A DNA stretch of 64,000 nucleotides from an uncultured delta proteobacterium (GCA_963765675.1 CAVXXK010000004.1:128001-192000); one strand, 5' to 3'. Counted from the first letter of the stretch, positions 9,406-19,364 are shown. Numbers and translations: made by a program. The notes: generated by a model not told the origin, from the letters alone.

Positions 9406-10068
9406 ATGAGCATCAAGGAGCGACTTGGCATCTTCGCGACGGTAACCGCCGCCGCGATGATCGGTGGTGCTGTCGGTGGATATCTGATGAACGCGGCGAC
9501 GCTTGACGCCGCCGGCACGCCGAAATCGATGACGGCGCGCAAATTCGTCCTGGTCGACGACGCCGGCCGCACCCGCGGCGAACTCGGCGTCAACCCGCAA
9601 GGCGTCGCGCAGCTCGCGCTCTTCGACGACCAGCATCACATCCGCGCCGGCATCGGCGTCGCACACAACGGCGCACCCGGCCTTGCGATCTACAGCCCGA
9701 CCGGCCAGACCCGGATCGAGCTGGCTCTGTCGAACCATACCTCGCGGCTGCGCTTCTTCAATCCCGACGGCCGAACGGTTGCGGGCTTTGGCGCGACCTC
9801 GGCCGGCCAGCCCGGATTGGTGCTCGAGGATAATCAGGGCCGCACCCGCGCCTCGATCGAGGTCGCGTCCGATGGCTCGCCGACGCTGAGGCTCGGTGAC
9901 GCCAATGGCTCGCGCATCGGACTCGACGTGACTCCGGACGGACTGCCGGGGCTCGCGCTGCTCGGCACCAACGGCGTCACGCGCGCGACGCTGACGCTCA
10001 ACGCCGACGGAGCTGGCGCCCTGACCGTGTTCGATTCGTCGGGCAAAGCGGTAGGCGGCGGCGAATAA
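9406..10068 (+). CDS. Membrane-anchored/secreted beta-repeat protein
   Basis: GGAG RBS; N-terminal hydrophobic segment; ~22-aa repeats of LxDxxGxxRxxL. Confidence 0.75.
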   Translation: MSIKERLGIFATVTAAAMIGGAVGGYLMNAATLDAAGTPKSMTARKFVLVDDAGRTRGELGVNPQGVAQLALFDDQHHIRAGIGVAHNGAPGLAIYSPTGQTRIELALSNHTSRLRFFNPDGRTVAGFGATSAGQPGLVLEDNQGRTRASIEVASDGSPTLRLGDANGSRIGLDVTPDGLPGLALLGTNGVTRATLTLNADGAGALTVFDSSGKAVGGGE

Positions 10069-10142
10069 GTCGGCGGACGGAAATAAACAACGCAGATGGT
10101 TGGGCGGCGTTTGCGGTTCTGAAAGCGACCGCTCTTCAGATG

Positions 10143-10220
10143 CCCTCTCCCTCCGGGAGAGGGAAAGCGGCGCGATGCTTGCGTTTCTTTCGCAAGCATC
10201 GTGACGCGCGGATGAGGGCG
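10143..10220 (+). repeat. Interspersed palindromic repeat, copy A
   Basis: CCCTCTCCC..GGGAGAGGG, internal hairpin, GTGACGCGCGGxTGAGGGCG. Confidence 0.9.
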
Positions 10221-10284
10221 CGCAGGATGCACAAATCACGACTGAGTAATGCTGCTCCGAGACTGACTAATGCGGAACTAACTA

Positions 10285-10767
10285 ATGAATGACGCCCCAC
10301 TCCATCGCCGTGCCGCCCGCTCCGCAGCCGTCTTCGCGCTTGCGCTGGCGCTCGGCGGATGCGCCGCGCTCTCGCAATCCGACAAGCCAACACCCCAGCA
10401 GCGTTCGCAACAGCTCGAGCCGATGCTGGCCGCCGCGGGCTTTGCGATGCTGCCCGCCGATACGCCGCAGCGCCAGGAGCAGCTCTCCACGCTGCCACCG
10501 CTGACCGTGTCCTACTACGTCGGCCGCAAGGGTAAGCTGCACTACTGGATGGCGGATCCGCAGTATTGCAAATGCCTCTACCTCGGCACCGAAGAGAACT
10601 ACCAGAAATACGAGCAGATGCGCCTGCAGCAGAAATGGCAGCGCAAGGAAAACGAGGACGCGCGCGAAAACCTCGAGGCCAGCCAGGAAGAACAGATGGA
10701 ATTGCAGACCGAGATGTTCAATCCTTACGGCGGAATGGGATGGATCGGTCCCGGAATGTACTATTGA
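10285..10767 (+). CDS. Hypothetical lipoprotein
   Basis: Lipobox LGGC. Confidence 0.75.
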   Translation: MNDAPLHRRAARSAAVFALALALGGCAALSQSDKPTPQQRSQQLEPMLAAAGFAMLPADTPQRQEQLSTLPPLTVSYYVGRKGKLHYWMADPQYCKCLYLGTEENYQKYEQMRLQQKWQRKENEDARENLEASQEEQMELQTEMFNPYGGMGWIGPGMYY

Positions 10768-10791
10768 TCGGGCGGGCGATTTATATCCGCG

Positions 10792-11592
10792 ATGCGCTTC
10801 GACAGATTCATCCAGCGATGCCACTCCGAATGGCCGGAGTTCGGCGATCCTCGCCTCCTCGAGAAGTCGCGCAATCCCGCCACGCGCGACCTTTCCGAGG
10901 TCCTGTCGCGCGTGCCCGGGATGGCGACCGAGAACAAGCTCAAGCTGCTCAATCTCGCCGTCGCCTCGCTCGGCGACAGCGAGGTGTATGTCGAGGTCGG
11001 ATGCTACAAAGGCGCGAGCCTGGTCGGCGCGGCGACCGGAAATCCCGACGCGCGGATATACGCGTGCGATAACTTCTCCCAGTTCGACGGCGCCGCCGAA
11101 GCGCTCGAAGGAGTGCTGGCGCAATTCACGCAGCCGGGCCAGGTCGAGTTCCGCGATCTCGATTTCCGCAAGTTCATGACCGAAGCGCCGTGGCGGCCGG
11201 CGAAAATCGGCGCCTATTTCTACGACGGCGGCCATTCCTTCGAGGATCAGTACGACGGACTTCGCCTCGCAATACCGCATCTGGCCGATGACGCAATAGT
11301 CATTATCGACGATACCAACAAACGCGCCGCCCGTTCCGCCGACGCACTAATCGCGCGCCAGGTGCCCGGCTTCGAATTGATACTCAATCTGCGCACGCCG
11401 GGAAATCATCATCCAACCTGGTGGAACGGCATCCAGGTCTATCGTTACCGCGCCCAGGGCCCAGTTGATTCGGCAGCGCTCGCCGGAGCGTCCTTTTCCG
11501 CGCGCAAACTGATCTACGACGACCTGTTTCTGAATTTGAAACATCGTCGCCGCGCCTTGCGTACGAAGCTCAAGCAATCATTCAAGCCGTGA
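10792..11592 (+). CDS. Class I SAM-dependent methyltransferase (Methyltransf_24-like)
   Basis: YVEVGCYKGAS, FYDGGHSF, IIDD motifs. Confidence 0.85.
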   Translation: MRFDRFIQRCHSEWPEFGDPRLLEKSRNPATRDLSEVLSRVPGMATENKLKLLNLAVASLGDSEVYVEVGCYKGASLVGAATGNPDARIYACDNFSQFDGAAEALEGVLAQFTQPGQVEFRDLDFRKFMTEAPWRPAKIGAYFYDGGHSFEDQYDGLRLAIPHLADDAIVIIDDTNKRAARSADALIARQVPGFELILNLRTPGNHHPTWWNGIQVYRYRAQGPVDSAALAGASFSARKLIYDDLFLNLKHRRRALRTKLKQSFKP

Positions 11593-11634
11593 TCCCGGCC
11601 GTTACTCACCAACCCGCCCGGACCGAGGCACATC

Positions 11635-13018
11635 TTAATTCGAGCTCCGCTCTCCCGAACGCGCGGGACTGAGTATTGCGTCGCCGGCTGCCGCCTCAGG
11701 CAGACCCAGCTTGTCGAGCACCGCTTTTTGCGAGACGCGCAGACCGCGATCCGCCATCGCCCCGACGATATCGGCGAACTCCTTGGCGTCCTGATCGTCC
11801 GGCAGTCCCAGCACCAGCTTTGGGTATTGGCGCATCGGACCGAGATTCAGATCGACGATCGGCCGTACCAGGTCGCGACCGAGCGTCTCGCCCAGCCGGC
11901 GCGCATCCGCCACCAAAATATCGCGCCGCACCGCGTCGTGAACCTCGGCCGCCGCGCGCGATCCGCCCGACGACGACATCTCAGTCGTCAGCGTCTGGCC
12001 AAGCACCGCCTTCGAGACCTGCGCGTCCAGGTACTCGCAGAACGAGCGGTAGAGCTCCGAGCTTCCGCCCTGCCGCGCTTCGGTGAATTCGATCATCATC
12101 GACTCGGGGATTATCGCAGCCGCGTCGGTGCCGATATTCGCGACCGCCCGCAAGAGCGTCTGCTTGTCGATCTCAGTCGCGCCCGGATGATACTTGCCGA
12201 CTCGCAGCGGCTGCCCGAAGACTTCCGTGAACGTCACCCAGTCTTTCAGTATGTAGTTCTTGAACAGGTACGACCATCCCGCCGCGCGCGCGAGTCCGCC
12301 GCGAATCGGCAGACCGGCCTTCGCCTTCGAGAAGTGAGTAATGAACTTGAACGGAGCCAGCGGCGCCGTCATCGGCTGGATTCCGTCGCGCAGACTACCC
12401 GCCAGTCCGCCACCTGCGAAGTGCGGTGTCTTTCCGCCGTCGCTCGATGTCGTTGTCGCCGACGCACTGGTCATGGTCTGCTCTTTCAGCGTGCGGACCA
12501 GCAGCTCGTTGCCGGAAATCCAGTCGAACATGAACCAGCGCGGGTCGCGCCACTTGAGTTCGCGCGGAAACCATTCGCGTCCAGAGCGATCCCAGATTAT
12601 TTCGGTCGCTGAGAAACCTTTCCCGATCGCGTCGAGGATATCCACCAGCGCCGAATCGATCGACAGCGCTCCTCCGAGCAGGAGCTCGCGAATCATCGCG
12701 GCCGCGCGCTGATCCTCGGCCGAAGACGACGCTGCGCGCACGATCAGCTCGAGGCCAGCGACCGCCTGCTTGCGCGTGCCGAGCACCGCCAGGTAGTGCA
12801 GGTCCTTTTCTTCCATCTCCTCGGCGAGTTCGAGATAGAGAAACGGATCACCGAACTCCGCCTCGCGCAGAATTGACGCGAGCCGCTCCGGGCGTGAGCC
12901 CGACCGACGGATGCATCACGGAGAAGATATTGCGGATTCCCGCCATCGTCGGCGCCGCCTGTTCCGAGCGCAGGCTCTCGGTCTCGACCTCGCGCCCATA
13001 CGCGTCGTAAAGCTTCAT
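11635..13018 (-). CDS. Mu-like portal protein (gp29/DUF935), frameshifted at ~12890
   Basis: MKLYDAYGR...GLTP/ERLASIL...EEMEEKDLHY; FGQPLRVGKY; SKAVLGQTLTT. Confidence 0.92.
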
Positions 13019-13231
13019 GAGGCCGCCTCCTGATGTTTGCGGTCGGATTCACCTACTTTGCGGAACCATCCAGCGCCGCAAAGATGGCACGGCTCGGGCA
13101 GCCGCATAGTGGTAAGCAAAAACTGATACCCACAAGCTTCGCACCGCCATTCCCAATAAATACTCATTCAACCCTCAGTCGATTATATTAATTAACTAAT
13201 CACTCAAATTAGCTAATAGCTTCTGCCGATA

Positions 13232-13311
13232 CCCTCTCCCTCCGGGAGAGGGCAAGCGGCGCGATGCTTGCGATTCTTTTTCGCAAGCATCGTGACGCGC
13301 GGGTGAGGGCG
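13232..13311 (+). repeat. Interspersed palindromic repeat, copy B (between terminase and portal)
   Basis: Near-identical to copy A. Confidence 0.9.
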
Positions 13312-13334
13312 TGGGCGCTGCTCTGCAATCTCCT

Positions 13335-14813
13335 TCACCAAGCCCCCTCCCCAAACCGAACCGGCGCAGCCCCGCGCACCGGCGTATAGGCAATCTCCGC
13401 CACCTCCATTCGCGAGGCCGCGAACGCGAGCGCCGCCGCGACCGCGGAGTCTCCATGCCGCGGCATCCCGTCCGAGCCGCGAGCGCGCGCGTCGCCGACC
13501 TTCGCGATTCCCTGCTCGACCACGATCGCGCGATGGTCGGCCAGAATATCGGCGTCGCGCGGCAGCTCGATCGCGCCGTCCTCGAACGCCGCCTTGTAGC
13601 GCGGCATATTCTCGCGGTACCACTCGGCCGAGAGCATCACCTGCGCGATCCGCGCTCCGTAGCGCTGCGCCGCGGTCTCGGCGAGGTACTGGCCGTTACC
13701 CCGCGCGTCCATCGCGCCGGCGATAAACCTCGGCAGACGGTCTGCCAGGTAGAATAGAATCTGTTCCTGCTGCCGAAACGGAAGATTGCGCAGCTCCACC
13801 ACCATCGCGGTTCGGCGAGTAAGGTCCGGCGCAATCTGCATCACCCAGATTACAGTCAGATCGCCCGAGCGTCCGAAATCCTCGCCGAAGCAAGTTGCCG
13901 ACGCGCTGTCGAGCGCTCCCAGAGCCGACGCGAGACGATCTTCGCACCACGCCTCGGTCTCCGAGCACCGAACCTCCTCCGGCTTGAACGCAAAATCGTC
14001 GGCGACCGACCATCGGAGCACCGGAATTCCCTCGCGCATCCGCGATTCGATCGCAAGCGCACTCAGGAACGTTCCCGCCGACGCGCGCGGGATGCACATC
14101 AGCTCCTCGCCGGCATTGTCGGCGTAGAGCTCGAAGATCTCGCGCCGCCAGTCCGCCTCGCCCTCGGGCGACCATTCGCGCCCCAGCGTCTCGCAGATCT
14201 TTCGGTACAGTCCCTGCGCGAGCGCGTCGTCGAGGGTCACGCGATGGATCGAATACGGCAGGCGTCCGGCGCGGACGTCGCACACGAGCTGATTGAACGC
14301 GTTGGCGGCGCCGTTGTGGGTCGAGATGATCCGCACCAGCCCACCCCACATCGTAAACGCGAGCGCGGCTTTCAAAAGGCCCGCCAGATCATCGTGAAAG
14401 GCGGCCTCGTCGATCACGGCGCAGCCCTGCTTGCCGCGCAGATTCGACGGACGCGACGACAGCGCGACGATCTTGTGCCCCGACGCGAAGCGAATCCGGT
14501 AGGCAAGGATGTCGCGCGCTTCGTCGGTGACGGCGATCTCCTCGATCGCGCGCGCCGCCTTGTCGAATCGCCGCGCCCACATCGCGGCCGTCTCGACGAA
14601 TTCGAGCGCCATGTCCTTGTTGTAGCCGATGTACCAGCCGTCCATCCCGCCGCGTCCCGCGACTGCGGCGCCGAGCGCGCGATCGGCGGCCTCGGTCCAG
14701 GTGAGCCCGATACGCCGCGACTTCTCGGCGACTTTCACCTGCGCGCGATCGGCAATCCATCGCCGCTGATAGGGCAGGAGAATCGACAATCCATCGTTCA
14801 TTTCAGTCTCCAT
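13335..14813 (-). CDS. Mu-like terminase large subunit (gp28)
   Basis: LLPYQ, EKSRRIGLTW, VIDEAAF, GEDFGRSGD, HGDSAVA. Confidence 0.95.
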   Translation of the reverse strand: METEMNDGLSILLPYQRRWIADRAQVKVAEKSRRIGLTWTEAADRALGAAVAGRGGMDGWYIGYNKDMALEFVETAAMWARRFDKAARAIEEIAVTDEARDILAYRIRFASGHKIVALSSRPSNLRGKQGCAVIDEAAFHDDLAGLLKAALAFTMWGGLVRIISTHNGAANAFNQLVCDVRAGRLPYSIHRVTLDDALAQGLYRKICETLGREWSPEGEADWRREIFELYADNAGEELMCIPRASAGTFLSALAIESRMREGIPVLRWSVADDFAFKPEEVRCSETEAWCEDRLASALGALDSASATCFGEDFGRSGDLTVIWVMQIAPDLTRRTAMVVELRNLPFRQQEQILFYLADRLPRFIAGAMDARGNGQYLAETAAQRYGARIAQVMLSAEWYRENMPRYKAAFEDGAIELPRDADILADHRAIVVEQGIAKVGDARARGSDGMPRHGDSAVAAALAFAASRMEVAEIAYTPVRGAAPVRFGEGAW

Positions 14814-15837
14814 CAAAATTCCGTGCGCTCTCTGAACGCGCCCACTTGCCGCATCATCTCGTAGAGTCTCTCGGCGTGCTCTTCGAGCGCCTGCGCGACC
14901 GCGCGCGAGATCCCGCTCTCGCCGGGAGCAGTGGCTCCGGGAGGCAGATTGACCGTGATCGACGGCGACGAGTTGATCGTGATCGGCGCGGCCACGTTCG
15001 CGCTTCGGTTCCTGCCGGACGCACCAAAATCTCGCACTCGCTCGCGCGACGAATTTGCGAGGTCCGCGCGCAACGAGAATTCGTCAGCGGAAGGCGGTGC
15101 GCGCAAGCTTGCGAGCACGCGACGGATTCGCGCTGGCAGCATCGCGATCGCGCTGGCGGTTTCGCGGGTGCGCGTCGCGCCGCGATATCGCGCACCAGGC
15201 TCGATGGCTTCAGAAGCCATCGCAGGGTCTCAGATTGCCGGTCGGCCGCGATTGTACGGCGCGCGACGCCGCTCGCCGTCAGTACCGCGGCGAGATTGAG
15301 CGCTCGCGGCGCGGACGATATGTCGGGTTCGGAGATTGCGCTGCCGCCCGCTGCGCGGCCGCTCTGCTGCGAATCGGATTGCAGGTTCGCGCGCAACGTG
15401 AGTTGCCGCACGCGAGCGACCGCGATATTGCCTGCACGCACAGCGGCGAGCGCGCGCGTCATCGCCGCTCGCGGCGAGGGCGATCGGCGCTCCGGGCTTT
15501 CACCCTCTGAGCGAGTGCGATCACTTTGCCCTGCGACGATCGGTGCGTGCTGCGCGCGTCCGGCCGCGAGAACCGATGCCAGAGGCCGAGCGCTGCGCAG
15601 CATCGAGGTGACGCCGCGCTCTTGCGGACCTATCGCCTCAGCGGCTGAAGCGGCGCTTTGCGAGGACTTTGCGCGCGCGGGAACTTCGAGCGCATGCAGC
15701 ACTTCGGCAAGCGCATTCGTGCGTGCGCGAACAGATGCGCCCACGCGCGCGAAGGCCGCCAGGATATTCGCGGTCCGCGCGAACGACGCGATCCGTTCCT
15801 CGACGCTCGGGCGGTGCGGATTCAGACCTTCATTCAT
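14813..15837 (-). CDS. Hypothetical Ala/Arg-rich protein (two overlapping frames, possibly one frameshifted gene)
   Basis: Fills the gp27-gp28 gap; C-terminus TINSSPSITVNL...VAQALEEHAERLYEMM. Confidence 0.45.
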
Positions 15838-15870
15838 CGCAAGGCTCCTCGCGATACGCTCGCGGCCTCA

Positions 15871-16341
15871 TCAGAGCTTGATTTCGAGCAGCGCGCTGCG
15901 AATCTTCTCGGCCGCGTCCGGCGTGAGCCCGGATTCGCGCGCTTCCTCGACTCGCGCCGCCGCCGCGTCAACGCCGGCGTTCACGCGCGATCCGGCCTCG
16001 ACGCGCCATCGTTCCGTCTCGATCCCCTGCTTGCTCACCGCACAGATGGTTCTGGCGATCGCGTGGATATCAGGCGAATTTGTTCCTTTACGCTTCGCGT
16101 TGAGCATCTTCTGCATGATCGTGAACAGATGCGTTTGCACCATCCGAGCTAGTGCGCGCTCCATCGTTTCATCGTCGCCTGCGGTTTCCTCGGCGATCAC
16201 GCGCGCCTCTGCGATCGAGAGCCGCACTGCTTCGAGTTGTTCCGCGAAATCTTTTGAATCGTCGTGAGATTTCGCTTCGGCCCCTTTCTCTTTGCCGGCC
16301 CTTTTTTTCTCGTGATTCTCGTCCGTGCTGTTTTTAGCCAT
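15871..16341 (-). CDS. Mu gp27/DUF3486 putative small terminase, short N-terminus
   Basis: FAEQLEAVR..ARVIAEE..DD..ALARMVQTHLF...GLTPDAAEKIRSALL; synteny. Confidence 0.8.
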   Translation of the reverse strand: MAKNSTDENHEKKRAGKEKGAEAKSHDDSKDFAEQLEAVRLSIAEARVIAEETAGDDETMERALARMVQTHLFTIMQKMLNAKRKGTNSPDIHAIARTICAVSKQGIETERWRVEAGSRVNAGVDAAAARVEEARESGLTPDAAEKIRSALLEIKL

Positions 16342-16347
16342 CGCCGA

Positions 16348-16662
16348 TTACCAGTACTTGCGCGGACGGGCGACGCCGGCCGGCGCCGCCTGGTTGTACT
16401 CGACCATGTCGACGCCGCGCGCGGTGAGCCGAGCGAACCAGGTGCCGGTGTCCTGGCCCTCGAGCTCGATCAGATCGAGGTCGGCGAGGTAGCTTAGCTC
16501 GCGGCGAACCGCGTTGAGTGAAAACGGCAGCCGGATATCGATCAACACGCGCCAGATGATCTGTTCCGACACCACGCTTGGACGTCCGGCATCCACCACC
16601 CGCAAAATCCGCCAGCGGGCTTCCTCGCGCTGCTTTTGTTCGAGGTCGATTGCATCAGCCAT
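16348..16662 (-). CDS. Mu gp26-like winged-helix protein
   Basis: RWRIL...VRRELSYL...ARLTARGVD...GVARP. Confidence 0.85.
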   Translation of the reverse strand: MADAIDLEQKQREEARWRILRVVDAGRPSVVSEQIIWRVLIDIRLPFSLNAVRRELSYLADLDLIELEGQDTGTWFARLTARGVDMVEYNQAAPAGVARPRKYW

Positions 16663-16948
16663 AGAGTCTTTCCTTCAGAGTCGCGATTTCCTGGCGCATC
16701 TCTTCGCGCATGGCGTCGAGCTTCGCGTCGAGCGTGGCGCTGAACCTGATCCAGTCCTCGCGCCTGACGTATTCGAGCGGGAGAGACGCGCGCAGTTCGT
16801 AAAGTCCGCGCTCAATTTCGCTCCAGCGGGCCGAGTCGCGCAGCACGGCTTGCTGATGGCGCTCGAGAATCCAGCGCACCGTGCCCACGTTCAGGCCCGC
16901 CAGGGTTAATCCCGCGGTCAGGAAGGCCGCCACCGCGTCCCAGCTCAC
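16655..16948 (-). CDS. Phage membrane/coiled-coil protein (gp25 position)
   Basis: N-terminal TM; LPLEYVRREDW motif. Confidence 0.7.
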   Translation of the reverse strand: MSWDAVAAFLTAGLTLAGLNVGTVRWILERHQQAVLRDSARWSEIERGLYELRASLPLEYVRREDWIRFSATLDAKLDAMREEMRQEIATLKERLYG

Positions 16949-17289
16949 CTGACACCGCCGCGGTTGTCGGCGCGGTCATCCGGGCGATTTTCGGGACGGC
17001 CGTCTGGACGAATTTCGCCGCGGCCATCGGCGAGCCGCCGCTCGTCGTTCAGCTCGGCGGGATCGGGTTCGGTGGTTCGTTTGATCGCGCACGCACCCGC
17101 CATCGCCAGCATCACGACCCCCAGCCCGCGCCCATAGGCGTCGGCGTCGGAGGCGCCGAAATGGCGCGTGATCCCGACCTGGATACACCAGAACACGATG
17201 TAGGATAATGCGCCCAAGACACCGACGACCCGCGCCGCGTCGTAGGTGAGATTGTCCTTGCCCGTGAGGATGTCACTGAGAAATTTCAC
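16945..17289 (-). CDS. Putative holin
   Basis: Two TM segments, charged tail, inside lysis cassette. Confidence 0.6.
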   Translation of the reverse strand: MKFLSDILTGKDNLTYDAARVVGVLGALSYIVFWCIQVGITRHFGASDADAYGRGLGVVMLAMAGACAIKRTTEPDPAELNDERRLADGRGEIRPDGRPENRPDDRADNRGGVR

Positions 17290-17593
17290 CGGGATGCTTC
17301 CCTTGCGCCGGCGGAGCGGCGCAGGCCCGCAGCAACTGATCGCGCTCGACCACCGCGGCCTTCAGGACCACCACCGACGCGGCGTAGGCGCGAATCGTGT
17401 CGGCCGGCGCGGAGTCCGGCGTAAGGCTCGCGATCCGGAGCGCGGGCCGCGGCGGCGCTGCCGCGGCGCAATACACCGGCTCGGGAATCGGGACGCTGAC
17501 TTTCATCGGCACTGCGATCGGCGCCGCCGCACGCGCGCATCCGCCGATCGCCGCCGCAATCCACATCGCGATCAATCTGCGCCGCTTTACCAT
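17273..17593 (-). CDS. Putative outer-membrane spanin lipoprotein
   Basis: MVKRRR..IGGC lipobox, Pro-rich, overlaps the end of the upstream ORF. Confidence 0.6.
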   Translation of the reverse strand: MVKRRRLIAMWIAAAIGGCARAAAPIAVPMKVSVPIPEPVYCAAAAPPRPALRIASLTPDSAPADTIRAYAASVVVLKAAVVERDQLLRACAAPPAQGKHPGEISQ

Positions 17594-17994
17594 TGGCCTA
17601 ACTCCCGCGCCTGCGCGTTGCCCCACTTGATCGCCGCGTCGCATCCGGACGGGACCGCCGCTTGCGCGATCTGCGCGGCCTGCGCGCCGGCCTTTTCCAT
17701 CCCGGCGGACGCTTGAGCGGCGAGGTTGGCTTCGCGCGTGTCGGCCGCCTGTGCGACGCTCTGTGCCGACGCGCGTATCGCCTCGACCGCCGCGTTCTGC
17801 TGGGCGACCGCGCTCTGGCAGGCGGCGTTCTCGGCCTGAGCGGTGGCGAGTTGTGATTGAAACGCGGTAGCCTCTTTGCGCGCCGAGTCGCGCTCGTGAA
17901 TCAGCACGACGGCTCCCAGAGCCACTGCGCCGAGCACCGCCAGAAGAGCGAGCGGCCGCCAATTCGCCGCGAAAAGTGCCAGTAAGGCAGGCAT
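17587..17994 (-). CDS. Putative inner-membrane spanin
   Basis: N-terminal TM plus Ala/Gln coiled coil, downstream of endolysin. Confidence 0.65.
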   Translation of the reverse strand: MPALLALFAANWRPLALLAVLGAVALGAVVLIHERDSARKEATAFQSQLATAQAENAACQSAVAQQNAAVEAIRASAQSVAQAADTREANLAAQASAGMEKAGAQAAQIAQAAVPSGCDAAIKWGNAQARELGQW

Positions 17995-18006
17995 CGCGAT
18001 CGCGCC

Positions 18007-18312
18007 CTACTTCGCCGCCGCGGGCTTTGCGGCCGCCGCCGCGCTCGACTGGATCGCGTTTGCGAGTTTCTCGGTCGCTTGCGCATGATGCTCGATCGCG
18101 GCGCTATGCCGCGTTACCGCCGCCGTTGCGGGCGCCGCCGCAGCGGTGCTCGCCACCGCGGACTCGACCGAGGTCAGACGCGAATCGAGCGCCGTAACCA
18201 TCGCGACCAGGTCGGCGACCAGCTTGCGGCCGAACAGCGTGCCGAGCGCGAATCCGCCGGCGAGCGCGATCACGCCGGCCGCCAACGCGGTCATCTTCAG
18301 TGCATCAGTCAT
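18007..18312 (-). CDS. Hypothetical membrane protein in lysis cassette
   Basis: GGAGG RBS; N-terminal TM. Confidence 0.65.
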   Translation of the reverse strand: MTDALKMTALAAGVIALAGGFALGTLFGRKLVADLVAMVTALDSRLTSVESAVASTAAAAPATAAVTRHSAAIEHHAQATEKLANAIQSSAAAAAKPAAAK

Positions 18313-18351
18313 CGGAAACCTCCGTCGTGCGACGGTCGTTGATGCGGGCGT

Positions 18352-18915
18352 TTATTCGTAGGCTCGATTGAGCCATCCGGCCAGAAATTCCTGGTCGCCG
18401 TCCGGACCCGCGTCGCGCGCGAACGCAGCCATCACGCGGTAGTAACCGGCGGCTTCCGAGCGCGTCGCCGCCATCAGGGCCAGAGGCTCGGCCGCGTGCG
18501 CGGCGGCAGCGGTTTCCGGTCCGAGGACGTTGTCTTCAGTCACGCGGCGGCCGACCGCGCGCAGCGCTCGCTGCAGGCATCCGATCGCATGGGCCGGCCC
18601 GATATTTACCGCCAGATCGAAAATCTTGGCGGCGATCGCGCCGGGCGCCGCGTCGAAACCGAACGGACGCCAGTAGTCGCGATAGTAAATCGCGATCGCG
18701 TCGGCACGGGTCAGATTCGCGATGTCGAGCGTCGGGTACTCGCGCGCGGAAATTCCAAAGCGGGTGATTCCGCCCGGATCGTCGGGTGCGGTTTCGATGC
18801 CGCCCTCGTCGCCAAGGACGCGGTTTACCGCGGCGACAAACTCGGGCGAATAGGATTCGGTCAGCGATTCCGGGAGGCCAGATGCGTCGTCCACTGCAAG
18901 ACTCACTGCGGGCAA
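18352..18915 (-). CDS. Endolysin, glycoside hydrolase family 108
   Basis: EGG..DPGGITRFGIS, YYRDYW, FDLAVNIG, FLAGWLNR. Confidence 0.92.
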   Translation of the reverse strand: MPAVSLAVDDASGLPESLTESYSPEFVAAVNRVLGDEGGIETAPDDPGGITRFGISAREYPTLDIANLTRADAIAIYYRDYWRPFGFDAAPGAIAAKIFDLAVNIGPAHAIGCLQRALRAVGRRVTEDNVLGPETAAAAHAAEPLALMAATRSEAAGYYRVMAAFARDAGPDGDQEFLAGWLNRAYE

Positions 18916-18958
18916 CGCGGGCGTTTGGGCGGCGTGGATCGGAGCCGCCAGGAAGTAC

Positions 18959-19004
18959 AGTTTAGCGCAAACGCAAAAGTTTCGTAAGGCCGAGCAGTTC
19001 AGAC
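18959..19004 (-). promoter_or_regulatory. Putative activator-dependent late promoter of lysis/packaging operon
   Basis: CTGAACTGCTCGGCCTTA-N20-TAAACT, same spacing as 4951-4996. Confidence 0.7.
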
Positions 19005-19364
19005 CGGTTTTTTGCCCGATAATACTTTATAGACATACCTCTCCGTGCAGCCTAATGTTCTCGCGATTCTGGACACGCTGACGCCCGCTGTGCGTAGCGC
19101 AATTATCTGCGCGCGGCGCAGCACGCGGTCGGGATGAGCCGGAATCATCACGCGGTCGCCGCCAAACGAACGCGCAAGCCGCGCGGCCGCGCCGATTCCG
19201 ATCGATCGCGTGATCTGATCACTCGACGAAACTTTGTTCGGAATATAAACCCGCCGTCCGCCGAAATCGCGCGCCAGATGCGACGTCGCCTTCATCCCGA
19301 TCACCCGCGTGATATCCCTAATCAGCGACTCGCGGCTCAGGATGTAGCCCTCATGCGCGGGCAC
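18999..19364 (-). CDS. Mor/C-family transcriptional activator (start uncertain)
   Basis: FGGRRVYIP, FGGDRVMIP, C-terminal HTH SVSRIARTLGCTERYVYKVL. Confidence 0.85.
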   Translation of the reverse strand: MPAHEGYILSRESLIRDITRVIGMKATSHLARDFGGRRVYIPNKVSSSDQITRSIGIGAAARLARSFGGDRVMIPAHPDRVLRRAQIIALRTAGVSVSRIARTLGCTERYVYKVLSGKKPV

